Of a DNA stretch of 64,000 nucleotides, positions 11,187-21,403 are shown piece by piece. Under the pieces are notes generated by a model. That model did not search any database. It was not told the DNA's origin and was given only the letters and a program-made list of their open reading frames with translations. Position 1 is the stretch's first letter, and every line of letters begins with the position of its first letter. The translations under genes were made by a program, and so were the position numbers. The stretch is from Candidatus Deferrimicrobiaceae bacterium (GTDB lineage Bacteria; Desulfobacterota; Deferrimicrobia; Deferrimicrobiales; Deferrimicrobiaceae), in NCBI GenBank assembly GCA_963792415.1, contig CAWBVY010000004.1, positions 544,001 to 608,000 on the forward strand, written 5' to 3'.

Positions 11187-12536
11187 ATGAACGTCGCGAT
11201 CATCGGAACGGGGTACGTGGGTCTGGTCACCGGGGTGTGCCTCGCCGAGCGGGGCAACACCGTGCACTGCGTCGACACGAACCCGGTGGTGGTCGAGAAA
11301 TTGAACGCGGGACAGGTGACGATCTACGAGCCCGGGCTCGACGACATCTTCCTGCGCAACCTGAAGAAGGGGCGGATCTCGTTCTCGGGGGATCTCGAGA
11401 AGGCGGTCCTCCCCGCCGAGATCATCTTCCTGTGCCTCCCCACGCCCCCCGGGGAGGACGGCTCCGCGGACCTGAAGTACATCCTCCAGGTGGCGGACGA
11501 CCTCGGAAAGATCTTCTCACGCAACCCGGGCGCGGGGTACAAGGTGGTGGTCGACAAATCCACCGTGCCGGTGGGGACGAGCGACAAGGTGCTGGCGGCG
11601 ATCCGCAAGAATGCGGGCCCGGCGTTCGGATTCAGCGTCGTGTCGAACCCGGAGTTCCTGCGCGAGGGGTTCGCGGTCGAGGATTTCCTGCGGCCGGAGC
11701 GCGTGGTGATCGGCTCGACCGAGGAGCGGGCGATCGTGCCCCTCAGGGACCTTTACGAGCCGTTCATGCAGACCGGCAGCAAGGTCATCGTGATGGACGA
11801 AAAGAGCGCCGAGGTGACCAAGTACGCCGCGAACGCCTTCCTCGCCCTCAAGATCTCCTACATGAACGACCTGGCGACCTTCTGCGACGCCGTGGGGGCC
11901 GACATCGACAGGATCCGCGAGGGGATCGGGTCGGACTCGCGCATCGGCCACAAGTTTCTCCACCCGGGACTGGGGTACGGCGGGTCGTGTCTGCCGAAAG
12001 ACGTGAAGGCGCTGCTGAAAAGCGCGTCGGACGCGGGGACCCCGCTCTCGGTCCTGCAGGCGGTCGAGGATATCAACCAGGAGCAGCGGAAGCGTTTCTT
12101 CCGGAGGATGGAGCGGCATTTCGACGGCAAGCTCGAGGGGCTGAGGTTCGCCATCTGGGGAATCGCGTTCAAGCCGAACACGGACGACACGCGGGAGGCG
12201 CCGGTTTTTTATCTGATCGACAGCATGCTGAACGCCAAGGCGTCGGTGGTGGTCTTCGACCCGGAGGCGATGGAGGGCGCGCGGACGCGGTACGGGGACA
12301 GAATCGAGTACGCGGAGTCGTCGTACGGCGCGCTGCAGGGGGCGGACGTCCTGGTGATCGCCACGGAGTGGTTCGAGTTCCGCAAGCCCGATTTCGGGCT
12401 GATGAAGAGCCTGATGCGGCAGCCGGTCATCTTCGACGGCCGCAACATCTACGACCCGCGGAAGATGCGGGAGCGCGGCTTCCTCTACCACTCGATCGGC
12501 CGCAAGGCGTACGAGGGGCACGGAAAGAAGGGGTGA
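11187..12536 (+). CDS. ugd: UDP-glucose 6-dehydrogenase
   Basis: IGTGYVGL, KSTVPVGT, SNPEFLREG, GYGGSCLPKD, AFKPNTDDTREAP, FDGRN. Confidence 0.95.
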   Translation: MNVAIIGTGYVGLVTGVCLAERGNTVHCVDTNPVVVEKLNAGQVTIYEPGLDDIFLRNLKKGRISFSGDLEKAVLPAEIIFLCLPTPPGEDGSADLKYILQVADDLGKIFSRNPGAGYKVVVDKSTVPVGTSDKVLAAIRKNAGPAFGFSVVSNPEFLREGFAVEDFLRPERVVIGSTEERAIVPLRDLYEPFMQTGSKVIVMDEKSAEVTKYAANAFLALKISYMNDLATFCDAVGADIDRIREGIGSDSRIGHKFLHPGLGYGGSCLPKDVKALLKSASDAGTPLSVLQAVEDINQEQRKRFFRRMERHFDGKLEGLRFAIWGIAFKPNTDDTREAPVFYLIDSMLNAKASVVVFDPEAMEGARTRYGDRIEYAESSYGALQGADVLVIATEWFEFRKPDFGLMKSLMRQPVIFDGRNIYDPRKMRERGFLYHSIGRKAYEGHGKKG

Positions 12537-12539
12537 GAG

Positions 12540-12995
12540 ATGATCGACGGCGTGATGGTGAAGCAGCTGAAGGTGTTCCCGGACGAACGCGGGCGGCTGA
12601 TGGAGATCCTGCGCGAGGACGACGAGATCTACATGCGGTTCGGACAGGTGTATCTGACCACCGGGTACCCGGGCGTCGTCAAGGCGTGGCACTACCACAA
12701 GGGCCAGTTCGACCACTTCTGCGTGGTCAAGGGGATGATGAAGGTGGTGCTGTACGATTCCCGGGACGGCTCCCCGACGAAGGGGGAGGTGAACGAATTC
12801 TTCCTCGGCGAGCACCGGCCGATCGTCCTGCGGATCCCGCCGCTCGTCTACCACGGGTTCAAGACGATCAGCGGGGAAGAGGCGTTCCTGATCAACGTCT
12901 GCACGCAGACCTACAAGTACGACGCGCCGGACGAGTTCCGCGTCCCGCCGCACGACAACGACATCCCCTACGACTGGGCGAGGAAGGACGGGTGA
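12540..12995 (+). CDS. rfbC: dTDP-4-dehydrorhamnose 3,5-epimerase family (cupin)
   Basis: DERGRLMEI, PGVVKAWHYH, IPPLVYHGF; adjacent to rfbD and rfbB. Confidence 0.88.
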   Translation: MIDGVMVKQLKVFPDERGRLMEILREDDEIYMRFGQVYLTTGYPGVVKAWHYHKGQFDHFCVVKGMMKVVLYDSRDGSPTKGEVNEFFLGEHRPIVLRIPPLVYHGFKTISGEEAFLINVCTQTYKYDAPDEFRVPPHDNDIPYDWARKDG

Positions 12996-13026
12996 CCGTC
13001 GCGGACCGGGCGCCCGGACCCGCCGC

Positions 13027-13887
13027 GTGAGGCTGCTGATCACCGGAGGGCTCGGCCTGCTCGGGAAGGAGATCGCCCGGGTCTTCGACGGTTCCGCCGG
13101 GATCCGCACGACCGACCGGGACGAGTGGGACGTGACGGACCCCGCGGCGTGCCGGCGGGAGGTCGACGGGTTCCGCCCGGACGTGGTGATCCATTGCGCG
13201 GCCTGGACGGCCGTGGACCGCGCGGAGAGCGAGGCGGAGGCGGCGCGCCTCCTGAACGTCGAGGGGACGCGGAACGTCGCGCGCGCCTGCAGGGAGCGCG
13301 GGGTCCTGATGGTCACGTTCGGCACCGACTACATCTTCGACGGCGCCTCCCCGCGTCCGTATCGGGAAGACGATCCGGCGAACCCCCTCTCCGTGTACGG
13401 AAAGACGAAGTGGGAGGCCGAGCAGGCCCTCCGGGAGGAGGGGGGAGACCACCTGCTGGTCCGCACCCAGTGGCTTTTCGGCCCCGCGGGGAGGAATTTC
13501 ATCGGCACGGTCCTCGAGAAGGCGCGGCGGGGGGAGACGCTTCGCGTCGCGTCGGATCAGGTCGGGTGTCCCACGCTTTCGGGGGACCTGGCCGGCGCCG
13601 TCCGGAAACTGCTGGAGGCGGGCGCGCGCGGGACGGTGCACTTCTCGAGCGAGGGGGAGACGAGCTGGTTCGGGCTCGCCCGGCACGTGCTGGGGCGATG
13701 CGGGTTGCCTGCCGCCCTGCTGTCCCCGGCGCGGACGCGGGACCTGCCGTACCCGGCGCCAAGGCCGGCGTACGGCGTGCTGAGCAAGGAGAGGTATCGC
13801 GCGCTCACCGGATCCTCCCCGAGGCCGTGGGAGGAAGCGGTGGGGGAATACCTTGAAAGGATCGATTCGGAAGGGGGGACGCGCTGA
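13027..13887 (+). CDS. rfbD: dTDP-4-dehydrorhamnose reductase
   Basis: ITGGLGLLG, HCAAWTAVDRAESE, TDYIFDG, YGKTK, DQVGCPT, PRPAY. Confidence 0.93.
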   Translation: MRLLITGGLGLLGKEIARVFDGSAGIRTTDRDEWDVTDPAACRREVDGFRPDVVIHCAAWTAVDRAESEAEAARLLNVEGTRNVARACRERGVLMVTFGTDYIFDGASPRPYREDDPANPLSVYGKTKWEAEQALREEGGDHLLVRTQWLFGPAGRNFIGTVLEKARRGETLRVASDQVGCPTLSGDLAGAVRKLLEAGARGTVHFSSEGETSWFGLARHVLGRCGLPAALLSPARTRDLPYPAPRPAYGVLSKERYRALTGSSPRPWEEAVGEYLERIDSEGGTR

Positions 13888-14906
13888 TGCGGGTTCTCGT
13901 CGCGGGGGGGGCCGGATTCATCGGCTCGAACTTCATCCGGTACATCCTCGGGGCCCACGGCGATTGGTCCGTCGTGAACGTGGACAAGCTGACCTACGCG
14001 GGGAACCTCGCGAATCTGGCGGACATGGTGGGGGAGCCGCGGTACCGCTTCCACCGGGCCGACATCTGCGACGCGGCCGGGATCGCGCGGATCTTCGCGG
14101 AGGAGACGCCGGAGGCGGTCGTGAACTTCGCCGCCGAGACGCACGTGGACCGCAGCATCGACGACCCCGCGCTCTTCCTGCGGACGAACATCCTCGGCAC
14201 CCAGGTGCTGCTCGACGCCGCCCGCAAGGCGAAGGTCGCCCGGTATCTGCAGATCTCGACCGACGAGGTGTACGGCTCGCTGGGGGCGACGGGGCACTTC
14301 TCCGAGGATTCGCCTCTGAAGCCCAACTCCCCCTACGCCGCCAGCAAGACGTCGGCGGACCTGCTGGTGCGGGCCTACGGGAAGACGTTCGGCCTGCCGG
14401 TGCTGGTCACCCGCTGCTCGAACAATTACGGTCCGTACCAGTTTCCCGAGAAGCTGATCCCGTTCTTCGTCACGCTGCTGCACGAGGGGAAGCCGGTGCC
14501 GGTGTACGGCGACGGGATGAACGTGCGCGACTGGATCCACGTGGAGGACCATTCGCGGGCCGTGGAGGCGGTGCTGCAGCGCGGGCGCCCCGGCGAGATC
14601 TACAACGTGGGCGGGGGAAACGAGCGCACGAACATCGAGATCACGAAGCTGCTGATCGCCGCGATGGGGAAGGACGAGCGGGCGATGAAGTTCGTCCCCG
14701 ACCGGCCGGGCCACGACCGCCGGTACGCGATCGACGACGCCAAGATCCGGGCGGAGCTGGGCGTCGTCCCGCAGGTCGCGTTCGAGGAGGGGCTGCGCGC
14801 CACGGTGCGCTGGTACATCGACAACGAACCGTGGTGGCGGGCGGTCCAGTCCGGCGAATACCAGTCGTTCTACGATCGCTGGTACGTCCGCAAGGACCGC
14901 GCCTGA
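13887..14906 (+). CDS. rfbB: dTDP-glucose 4,6-dehydratase
   Basis: GGAGFIGSN, DKLTYAGN, AAETHVDRSI, ISTDEVYG, CSNNYGPYQFPEKLIP, DRPGHDRRYA. Confidence 0.96.
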   Translation: MRVLVAGGAGFIGSNFIRYILGAHGDWSVVNVDKLTYAGNLANLADMVGEPRYRFHRADICDAAGIARIFAEETPEAVVNFAAETHVDRSIDDPALFLRTNILGTQVLLDAARKAKVARYLQISTDEVYGSLGATGHFSEDSPLKPNSPYAASKTSADLLVRAYGKTFGLPVLVTRCSNNYGPYQFPEKLIPFFVTLLHEGKPVPVYGDGMNVRDWIHVEDHSRAVEAVLQRGRPGEIYNVGGGNERTNIEITKLLIAAMGKDERAMKFVPDRPGHDRRYAIDDAKIRAELGVVPQVAFEEGLRATVRWYIDNEPWWRAVQSGEYQSFYDRWYVRKDRA

Positions 14907-15325
14907 CCCCCTGGTCGCCGCGTGGGCGGCTGTATCTTGCGGCGCTGGCGGGGTGGGTTGCGTTCACCCTCACGCTGACGTCGATCCCGAACCCGGACTT
15001 CGGCCCCTTCTTCCCGGGGGAGGACAAGATCGCCCACTTCGGCTTCTACGGCGTCGCGGGGTTCCTGTTCGTCCTGTGGCGGAGGGAGAACGGCACGGGA
15101 ACGGCGGCGGCGATGGTTTGGGCGGCGATCTTCGCGGCTCTCCTGGGCGCCTTCGACGAGTTTCACCAGCAGTGGATCCCGGGCCGGTCGATGGAGCTCC
15201 TCGACTGGGCGGCCGACTTCGCGGGCGGGACGGCGGGGGGGATCTGCTCGGCGGCCGCGGTTTTGATGTTCCCGTTTCTCCTCACGCCGAACGATCCGCC
15301 CTCTTCCCGCGCCGTCAAGTATTGA
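14903..15325 (+). CDS. VanZ family membrane protein (probable CTG start overlapping the rfbB stop)
   Basis: DKIAHFGFYG...DEFHQQWIPGRS...DWAAD VanZ signature in the 3' part of frame 13853-15325. Confidence 0.82.
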   Translation: MTPWSPRGRLYLAALAGWVAFTLTLTSIPNPDFGPFFPGEDKIAHFGFYGVAGFLFVLWRRENGTGTAAAMVWAAIFAALLGAFDEFHQQWIPGRSMELLDWAADFAGGTAGGICSAAAVLMFPFLLTPNDPPSSRAVKY

Positions 15326-15406
15326 ACCACCGTTCATTCTTGCTTTTGATTTGCTTTTCCGATATGTTATGGCGTTCGAAGCGTTGAAACCCCTGGGAGG
15401 TGCGAC

Positions 15407-16159
15407 GTGAAGATCCTGGTCCCCATCAAGCCGGTCCCCAACCCCGACGAGAAGGTCAAGATCAAGAGGGACGGAAGCGGGATCGTCCTGGACAACATCA
15501 AGATGGTCGTGAACCCGTTCTGCGAGATCGCGGTCGAGGAGGCGCTCCGGATCCGGGAGAAGCTGACCGGCGAAGTCGTCATCGTGACCGTCGGCCCGAA
15601 GGAGAGCGAGCAGCAGGTGCGCACGGCGCTGGCGATGGGCGCGGACCGGGCGGTGCTGGTCGAGGCGGGGACGGACCTCGACTCCCTGGCGGTGGCGAAG
15701 GTGCTGGCGAAGGTGGTCGCCGACGAACAGGCCGGGATCGTGCTGATGGGGAAGCAGTCGGTCGACGACGACAACAACCAGGTGGGGCAGATCCTCGCCG
15801 CGGTGCTCGGGTGGCCGCAGGCGACCTTCGCGTCGAAGATCGAGTTCGCCGCGGACAATAAGAAAGCGAACGTGACCCGCGAGGTCGACGGCGGGCTGGA
15901 GACGATCGAGGTGACGCTCCCGGCGGTCGTGACCGTGGACCTGCGGCTGAACGAGCCGCGGTACGCGTCGCTCCCCGGCATCATGAAGGCGAAGAAGAAG
16001 GAAATGAAGGTCGTCCCGCTCGCGTCGCTGGGCGTGGACACGGCCCCGAGGGTGAAGGTCCTCTCGTACGCCGCACCGAAGCTGCGCGCGGGAGGCGGCC
16101 GGGTGGCGGATGTCGCGGAGCTGGTGTCCAAGCTGAAAAACGAGGCGAAGGTCCTTTAG
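15407..16159 (+). CDS. etfB: Electron transfer flavoprotein beta subunit
   Basis: NPFCEIAVEEAL, ALAMGADRA, GKQSVDDD, REVDGG, LRLNEPRY; GGAGG RBS. Confidence 0.96.
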   Translation: MKILVPIKPVPNPDEKVKIKRDGSGIVLDNIKMVVNPFCEIAVEEALRIREKLTGEVVIVTVGPKESEQQVRTALAMGADRAVLVEAGTDLDSLAVAKVLAKVVADEQAGIVLMGKQSVDDDNNQVGQILAAVLGWPQATFASKIEFAADNKKANVTREVDGGLETIEVTLPAVVTVDLRLNEPRYASLPGIMKAKKKEMKVVPLASLGVDTAPRVKVLSYAAPKLRAGGGRVADVAELVSKLKNEAKVL

Positions 16160-16169
16160 GAGGATTCCG

Positions 16170-17144
16170 ATGGCGGACATACTGGTTGTCGTCGAGCATC
16201 AGGAAGGGGTCTTCAAGAAGAACACGCTCTCGGTCGTCTCCGCGGCGAAGGCCCTGGCGGGAGTGGCCGGGGGCGAGGTGGACGCGCTCGTTCTGGGCGA
16301 CGGCGTCGCTGCGGTGGCCGACGTGGCGGCCGGCACGGGCGTGCGGAAGGTCCTCCTGGGCGAAGGGGCGGCGTTCGGGAAATACCTCGCGGCGACGACC
16401 GCGGGCGCGGTGGCGCAGGTGGTGAAGGCGGGGGGGTACGGCGCGGTGTTCGCACCGGCCTCCACGTTCGGGAAGGATTTCATGCCTCGGCTGTCCGGGC
16501 TGCTCGACGCCCCCCTGGCGAGCGACATCGTCGGGCTCGAAAAGGATGGGGACGCGCTGCGGGTCAAGCGTCCGATGTACGCGGGGAACGCCATCGGGAC
16601 GGTGGAGCTGGTCGGCGCCCCGCTCCTGTTCACGGTGCGGCAGACGGCGTACGACGCGGCGGCGATTGGGGGACCGAAAGCCCCCGTGGAGAAGGTCGCG
16701 GTCACGGCCGAGGCGGGGGGAACGGCGTTTGTTTCGATGCAGGAGACGAAATCGGAGCGGCCGGAGCTGACCGAGGCGCGGGTGATCGTCTCCGCGGGGC
16801 GGGGCATCAAGTCGCAGGAGAACTTCAAGCTGGTGGAAGATCTCGCGGACCAGCTGAACGCGGCGATCGGCGCGTCGCGCGCGTCGGTGGACGCGGGGTG
16901 GGCTCCCAACGACTGGCAGGTGGGGCAGACCGGCAAGATCGTCGCGCCGGAGCTCTACATCGCGCTCGGGATCAGCGGGGCGATCCAGCACCTGGCGGGG
17001 ATGAAGGACAGCAAGGTGATCGTGGCGATCAACAAGGACGAGGAGGCCCCCATCTTCCAGGTGGCGGATTACGGGCTGGTGGCCGACCTCTTCAAGGCGG
17101 TGCCGGAGCTGATCGCGGAGCTGAAGAAGCTGAAGTCGGCCTGA
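16170..17144 (+). CDS. etfA: Electron transfer flavoprotein alpha subunit
   Basis: [50 protein letters not shown]. Confidence 0.96.
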   Translation: MADILVVVEHQEGVFKKNTLSVVSAAKALAGVAGGEVDALVLGDGVAAVADVAAGTGVRKVLLGEGAAFGKYLAATTAGAVAQVVKAGGYGAVFAPASTFGKDFMPRLSGLLDAPLASDIVGLEKDGDALRVKRPMYAGNAIGTVELVGAPLLFTVRQTAYDAAAIGGPKAPVEKVAVTAEAGGTAFVSMQETKSERPELTEARVIVSAGRGIKSQENFKLVEDLADQLNAAIGASRASVDAGWAPNDWQVGQTGKIVAPELYIALGISGAIQHLAGMKDSKVIVAINKDEEAPIFQVADYGLVADLFKAVPELIAELKKLKSA

Positions 17145-17258
17145 TATTTTTCCGGTCCCGTTCCGATAAGGGTACGAAGGGACGCGCGGCCGGGGACACG
17201 GCGCGCGAATGCGATCGTATTCATGAATTGAAGCATCAAGGGAGGGGTCGCAAGAGAC

Positions 17259-18584
17259 ATGGCAGGCACCCGGAAAGAGAAGGATCTGCTCTCCCGCATC
17301 AAGCGGAAGAACTTCACGGCGGCGATCGTGGGCCTGGGGTATGTCGGGCTTCCGTTGGCGATGGAGTACGCCGACGCGGGGATCTCCGTCGTCGGCATCG
17401 ACATCGACGGCTCCAAGGTTCGCGCGCTGCGGGCCGGGAAGTCGTACGTCGGGGACGTCCCGTCCGAATCGGTGAAAAGGGCGGTCGACGCGAGGCTGTT
17501 CACGGCGACCACCGACTACTCGGCGGTCGGGATGGCGGACACGGTCAACATCTGCGTCCCCACCCCGCTGCGCAAGACGAAGGATCCGGACCTCTCCTAC
17601 ATCGTCGGCGCGATGGAGCACCTGCTGGAGTATCTCCACAAGGACATGCTCATCGTCCTCGAGAGCACCACGTACCCCGGAACGACGCAGGAGGTCCTCG
17701 GCCCGATGGTGGAGGAGAAGGGGTTCAAGGTGGGAAAGGACATCTTCCTCGCCTTCTCGCCCGAGCGGGTCGATCCCGGGAACGCGAAGTTCACGACGAA
17801 AAACATCCCGAAAGTGGTCGGCGGCGTGACCCCCGCGTGCACGAAGGTGGCGGTGGCGCTCTACAGCGGCGTGCTCGAAAACGTCCACCCGGTGTCGACC
17901 GCGGCGGTGGCCGAGATGGTGAAACTGCTCGAGAACACGTTCCGGTCGGTGAACATCGCCCTGGTGAACGAGATCGCGCTCATGGCGAACCGGATGGGGA
18001 TCGACGTGTGGGAGGTGATCGACGCGGCCGCGACGAAGCCGTTCGGCTTCATGCCCTTCTACCCGGGGCCGGGAATCGGCGGGCACTGCATCCCGCTGGA
18101 TCCGTTCTACCTGTCGTGGAAGGCGAAGCAGTTCGGGTTCGAGTCGCGCTTCATCGAGCTGGCGGGGGTGGTGAACGGGCAGATGCCGCACTACACCGTG
18201 GAGAAGGTGGCCGAGGCGCTCAACCGGAGCCGGAAGGCGGTCAACGGGGCGAAGGTGCTGGTGCTGGGCGTGGCGTACAAGAAGGACATCAGCGACGTGC
18301 GCGAGTCGCCGGCGCTCGACATCCTGCAGCTCCTGACGAAAAAGGGAGCGCACCTGTCGTACTGCGACCCGTACGTGCCCGAGGTGCGGGAGGCCGGGAT
18401 GACGCTCGTCGCGTCGCCGTTTTCCTCCGCGACGCTCCGGAAGGCCGACTGCGTGGTGATCGTGACGAACCACGCCGCGTTCGACTATAAAATGGTCGCC
18501 CGCGAGGCGAAGATGATCGTCGACACCCGCAACGCGCTGAAGGGGCGGAACGGCCGGAACGGCCGAAAGATCGTCAAGCTCTGA
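17259..18584 (+). CDS. UDP-N-acetylhexosamine 6-dehydrogenase (WbpA/WecC-like)
   Basis: GLGYVGLPLA, ESTTYPGTT, SPERVDPGN, KLLENTFR, GPGIGGHCIP, RESPA. Confidence 0.93.
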   Translation: MAGTRKEKDLLSRIKRKNFTAAIVGLGYVGLPLAMEYADAGISVVGIDIDGSKVRALRAGKSYVGDVPSESVKRAVDARLFTATTDYSAVGMADTVNICVPTPLRKTKDPDLSYIVGAMEHLLEYLHKDMLIVLESTTYPGTTQEVLGPMVEEKGFKVGKDIFLAFSPERVDPGNAKFTTKNIPKVVGGVTPACTKVAVALYSGVLENVHPVSTAAVAEMVKLLENTFRSVNIALVNEIALMANRMGIDVWEVIDAAATKPFGFMPFYPGPGIGGHCIPLDPFYLSWKAKQFGFESRFIELAGVVNGQMPHYTVEKVAEALNRSRKAVNGAKVLVLGVAYKKDISDVRESPALDILQLLTKKGAHLSYCDPYVPEVREAGMTLVASPFSSATLRKADCVVIVTNHAAFDYKMVAREAKMIVDTRNALKGRNGRNGRKIVKL

Positions 18585-18604
18585 CGGCTGGAAAGGTGGG
18601 CGGG

Positions 18605-19558
18605 ATGAAGTATCTGGTGACGGGCGGGGCGGGGTTCATCGGGTCGAACCTGACGCGCGAGCTCCTCGCCTCCGGGGAGAGCGTGCGGGTCCTCGACAAC
18701 TTCCTCACCGGAAAACGGGAAAACCTCGCCGGGCTGGCGGAAGCCCACGGCGACGCCTTCGAGCTGTTGGAGGGCGACCTGCGGGACCTCGAAACGGTCC
18801 GCAAGGCGACGGCGGGCATCGGGTTCGTCCTCCACCAGGGTGCGCTCCCTTCGGTTCCGCGCTCCGTGGCCGACCCGATCCTCTCGAACGGGATCAACGT
18901 GGAGGGGACGGTGAACCTGCTCGTCGCCGCGCGCGACGCCGGCGTCCGCCGCGTGGTCTTCGCCGCATCCTCCTCCGCCTACGGCGACACCCCCCAGCTC
19001 CCGAAGCGGGAGTCGATGACCCCCACCCCGAAGTCCCCCTATGCGGCGCAGAAGCTGATGGGGGAATATTACCTGCGCATCTTCCACGAGATCTACGGGC
19101 TCGAGACCGTCTCCCTGCGCTACTTCAACGTGTTCGGCCCGCGGCAGGACCCGCAGTCGACGTACGCCGCCGTCATCCCCCGGTTCATCACCTCGGTGCT
19201 TCGAGGGGTCCCCCCCACGATCTACGGCGACGGCCTCCAGACGCGCGACTTCACCTACATCGACAACGTGATCCAGGCCAATCTCGCGGCCTGCCTCGCC
19301 CCGAAGGCCGCGTGCGGAAAGGTCGTCAACATCGCCTGCGGGGAACGGGTGTCCCTGCTCGACATCCTCGAGATCGTGTATACGCTGGCGGGGAAGCGCG
19401 TGCCGCCGGAATTCGAACCGGGCCGCGCGGGGGACGTGCGCGACTCGCTGGCCGACATCTCCCTCGCCCGGGACCTCATCGGCTTCGACCCGAAGATCCC
19501 CTTCTCCGAGGGGCTCGCGAAAACGTTCGACTGGTTCCGGGAGCGCGCGGGATCCTGA
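18605..19558 (+). CDS. NAD-dependent epimerase (WbpP/TviC-like UDP-GlcNAc 4-epimerase)
   Basis: VTGGAGFIGS, HQGALPSVPRS, SPYAAQK, LRYFNVFGPRQ, GDGLQTRDF. Confidence 0.92.
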   Translation: MKYLVTGGAGFIGSNLTRELLASGESVRVLDNFLTGKRENLAGLAEAHGDAFELLEGDLRDLETVRKATAGIGFVLHQGALPSVPRSVADPILSNGINVEGTVNLLVAARDAGVRRVVFAASSSAYGDTPQLPKRESMTPTPKSPYAAQKLMGEYYLRIFHEIYGLETVSLRYFNVFGPRQDPQSTYAAVIPRFITSVLRGVPPTIYGDGLQTRDFTYIDNVIQANLAACLAPKAACGKVVNIACGERVSLLDILEIVYTLAGKRVPPEFEPGRAGDVRDSLADISLARDLIGFDPKIPFSEGLAKTFDWFRERAGS

Positions 19559-19577
19559 CGCCGTCCCCGCGAGGGGT

Positions 19578-20378
19578 TCAGGTGGTGATCTTCCGCGTCA
19601 CCACCAGGAAGGCGGAGTGGGAGAACATCCACTGGACGGGGCGGACGGAGTTCCCCTTCACGTGCCAGGGGCGCAGGATCACCTCGAACGTCTCCGGCTC
19701 CGCGAAGCCGCCCTCCTCCGCGAACCGGTCGCACAGCTGCTTCACCTGGATCGTGGAGGGGAGGTAGGAAAGCACGATTCCCCCGGGGGCGAGCGCCCCC
19801 CGCGCGTGGGGGACGGCCTGCCACGGCTCCGGCAGGTCGAGGACGATCCGGTCCACCTCCCGCTCGTCGATCCCGAGGTAGATGTCCCGCAGCTTCACCT
19901 CGTGGTTCCCGCACGCGCCGAGGTAGCGCCGGACGGTGCCCGCGCCGCTCTCCGCGAAATCCTCCCGGATCTCGTACGAGACGACCTTGCCCGTCGGGCC
20001 GACCGCCTCGAGCAGCTTGATGGTGAGGGCCCCCCACCCGATCCCCGCCTCGATCACCGTGGCTCCCGGGAAGACGTCCGCCCACATCAGGATCGTCCCC
20101 GTGTCCTTCGGGTAGATGATCTGCGCGTGCCGCTTCTGGTTCATGATGAACTGCATGTAGGTGGGGCGGAAGGCGCGGTACTCGCTCCCCATCGCGGTCC
20201 ACGCGCGGCCGCCGTCCTCCTTGCCGATCAGGTCGTCGTGCGGCAGGTTCCCCTTGTGCGTGCCGAACACCTTTCCCGGGGCGAGCGTGACGAGGTGCTC
20301 CTCCCCCTTGGGGGAGATCAGCAGGATGTCCTCCCCCTCCCGGAACGGCCCCCTGCGAACGCGCTTCCCCTCCGTCAT
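19578..20378 (-). CDS. trmI: tRNA (adenine58-N1)-methyltransferase
   Basis: AQIIYPKD, VIEAGIGWGALT, VVSYEIREDFA, LDLPEPW, RPVQWMFSHSAFL (GCD14/TrmI motifs). Confidence 0.9.
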   Translation of the reverse strand: MTEGKRVRRGPFREGEDILLISPKGEEHLVTLAPGKVFGTHKGNLPHDDLIGKEDGGRAWTAMGSEYRAFRPTYMQFIMNQKRHAQIIYPKDTGTILMWADVFPGATVIEAGIGWGALTIKLLEAVGPTGKVVSYEIREDFAESGAGTVRRYLGACGNHEVKLRDIYLGIDEREVDRIVLDLPEPWQAVPHARGALAPGGIVLSYLPSTIQVKQLCDRFAEEGGFAEPETFEVILRPWHVKGNSVRPVQWMFSHSAFLVVTRKITT

Positions 20379-21394
20379 CGGGAACCCCCCGCGGCGCGCA
20401 GCGAACGCGCCTTCCGGACGCGCTCCTTCAACCGGCAGAAGGAGCATGTCTCCGCGTACGTCGGGGCGCCGCACGACGCGCACGCACGCGGCGTTCCCGC
20501 GCCCTCTTCCGCGTCGGCTTCCGTCGCGCGCGCCGTGTCCGCCGCCGGCGCGTCTTCCGGCGTCGGGACGGCATCGGCCGGGGCCGCGGCCTCCGCCCCT
20601 TTCCGCAGGGGGTTCGACGGGTCGAGGAACCCCTGGTAGAAGACGATCCGCGTCCCCGGCATCCGGTCCTCGATGCGCGACAGCGCCTCCTTGTAGACGA
20701 GGGACGTCGCGTCCTCGCTCATCGGGCACTCCTCGGTCACGTAGTCGATCCCCTTCAGGAACCCGTACGCCGCGGTTTCGACCTCGCTCACGCGCCACAG
20801 CGGCTTCACCTTGCGCACGAGTCCCCCGTCCGCCCCGGGCAGCAATGGATGCTGCCGCGCAAGATGGTCGCGCTGCCAGTGGAGCAGGTTCCCCAGCAGC
20901 CGGGCCGTCTCGTCATCGAGATTGTGTCCCGTCGCCACCACGGTGAACTTTCCTTCGGCGGCGACGCGGTTGAAGAAGTACCGTTTCACCGTGCCGCAGA
21001 TGGAGCACTCCTGCATCCGCGCGCAGCGGGCGGCCTCGGGGATCGGGATCCCCTCCTTCGCGAGCTCGACGACGATCGGCGTCTTCCCGCGGGACGCCGC
21101 GTAGGCGAGGACCTTCTCCTTCGACCGGTCGGAGTACCCGTCGATCCCGAGGTCGACGTACAGACCCTCCGTCTCGTATCCCTCGTCGATCAGGACGTCC
21201 CAGAGGACCAGGCTGTCCTTGCCGCCCGACACGCAGACGAGGACGCGGTCCTCCGGGGCGAGGAGCCGCAGCTTGCGGATCCCCTCCGTCGCCTGGCGCC
21301 GGAAGAAGACGAAGAAGCAGTCGGGGCAGAAGGCGGCGTGGTGGCTCGGCAGCTCGACCGCGGCCTCGGCCCGCCGGCAGCGCTTGCATTTCAT
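20375..21394 (-). CDS. ttuA: tRNA 2-thiouridine synthase TtuA/Ncs6 family (PP-loop with two Zn fingers)
   Basis: N-terminal CxxC..CxxC, SGGKDS PP-loop, CSICG, ATGHNLDDE, ECP, C-terminal CxxC..CxxC. Confidence 0.9.
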   Translation of the reverse strand: MKCKRCRRAEAAVELPSHHAAFCPDCFFVFFRRQATEGIRKLRLLAPEDRVLVCVSGGKDSLVLWDVLIDEGYETEGLYVDLGIDGYSDRSKEKVLAYAASRGKTPIVVELAKEGIPIPEAARCARMQECSICGTVKRYFFNRVAAEGKFTVVATGHNLDDETARLLGNLLHWQRDHLARQHPLLPGADGGLVRKVKPLWRVSEVETAAYGFLKGIDYVTEECPMSEDATSLVYKEALSRIEDRMPGTRIVFYQGFLDPSNPLRKGAEAAAPADAVPTPEDAPAADTARATEADAEEGAGTPRACASCGAPTYAETCSFCRLKERVRKARSLRAAGGSR

Positions 21395-21403
21395 GAGGGC
21401 ACT

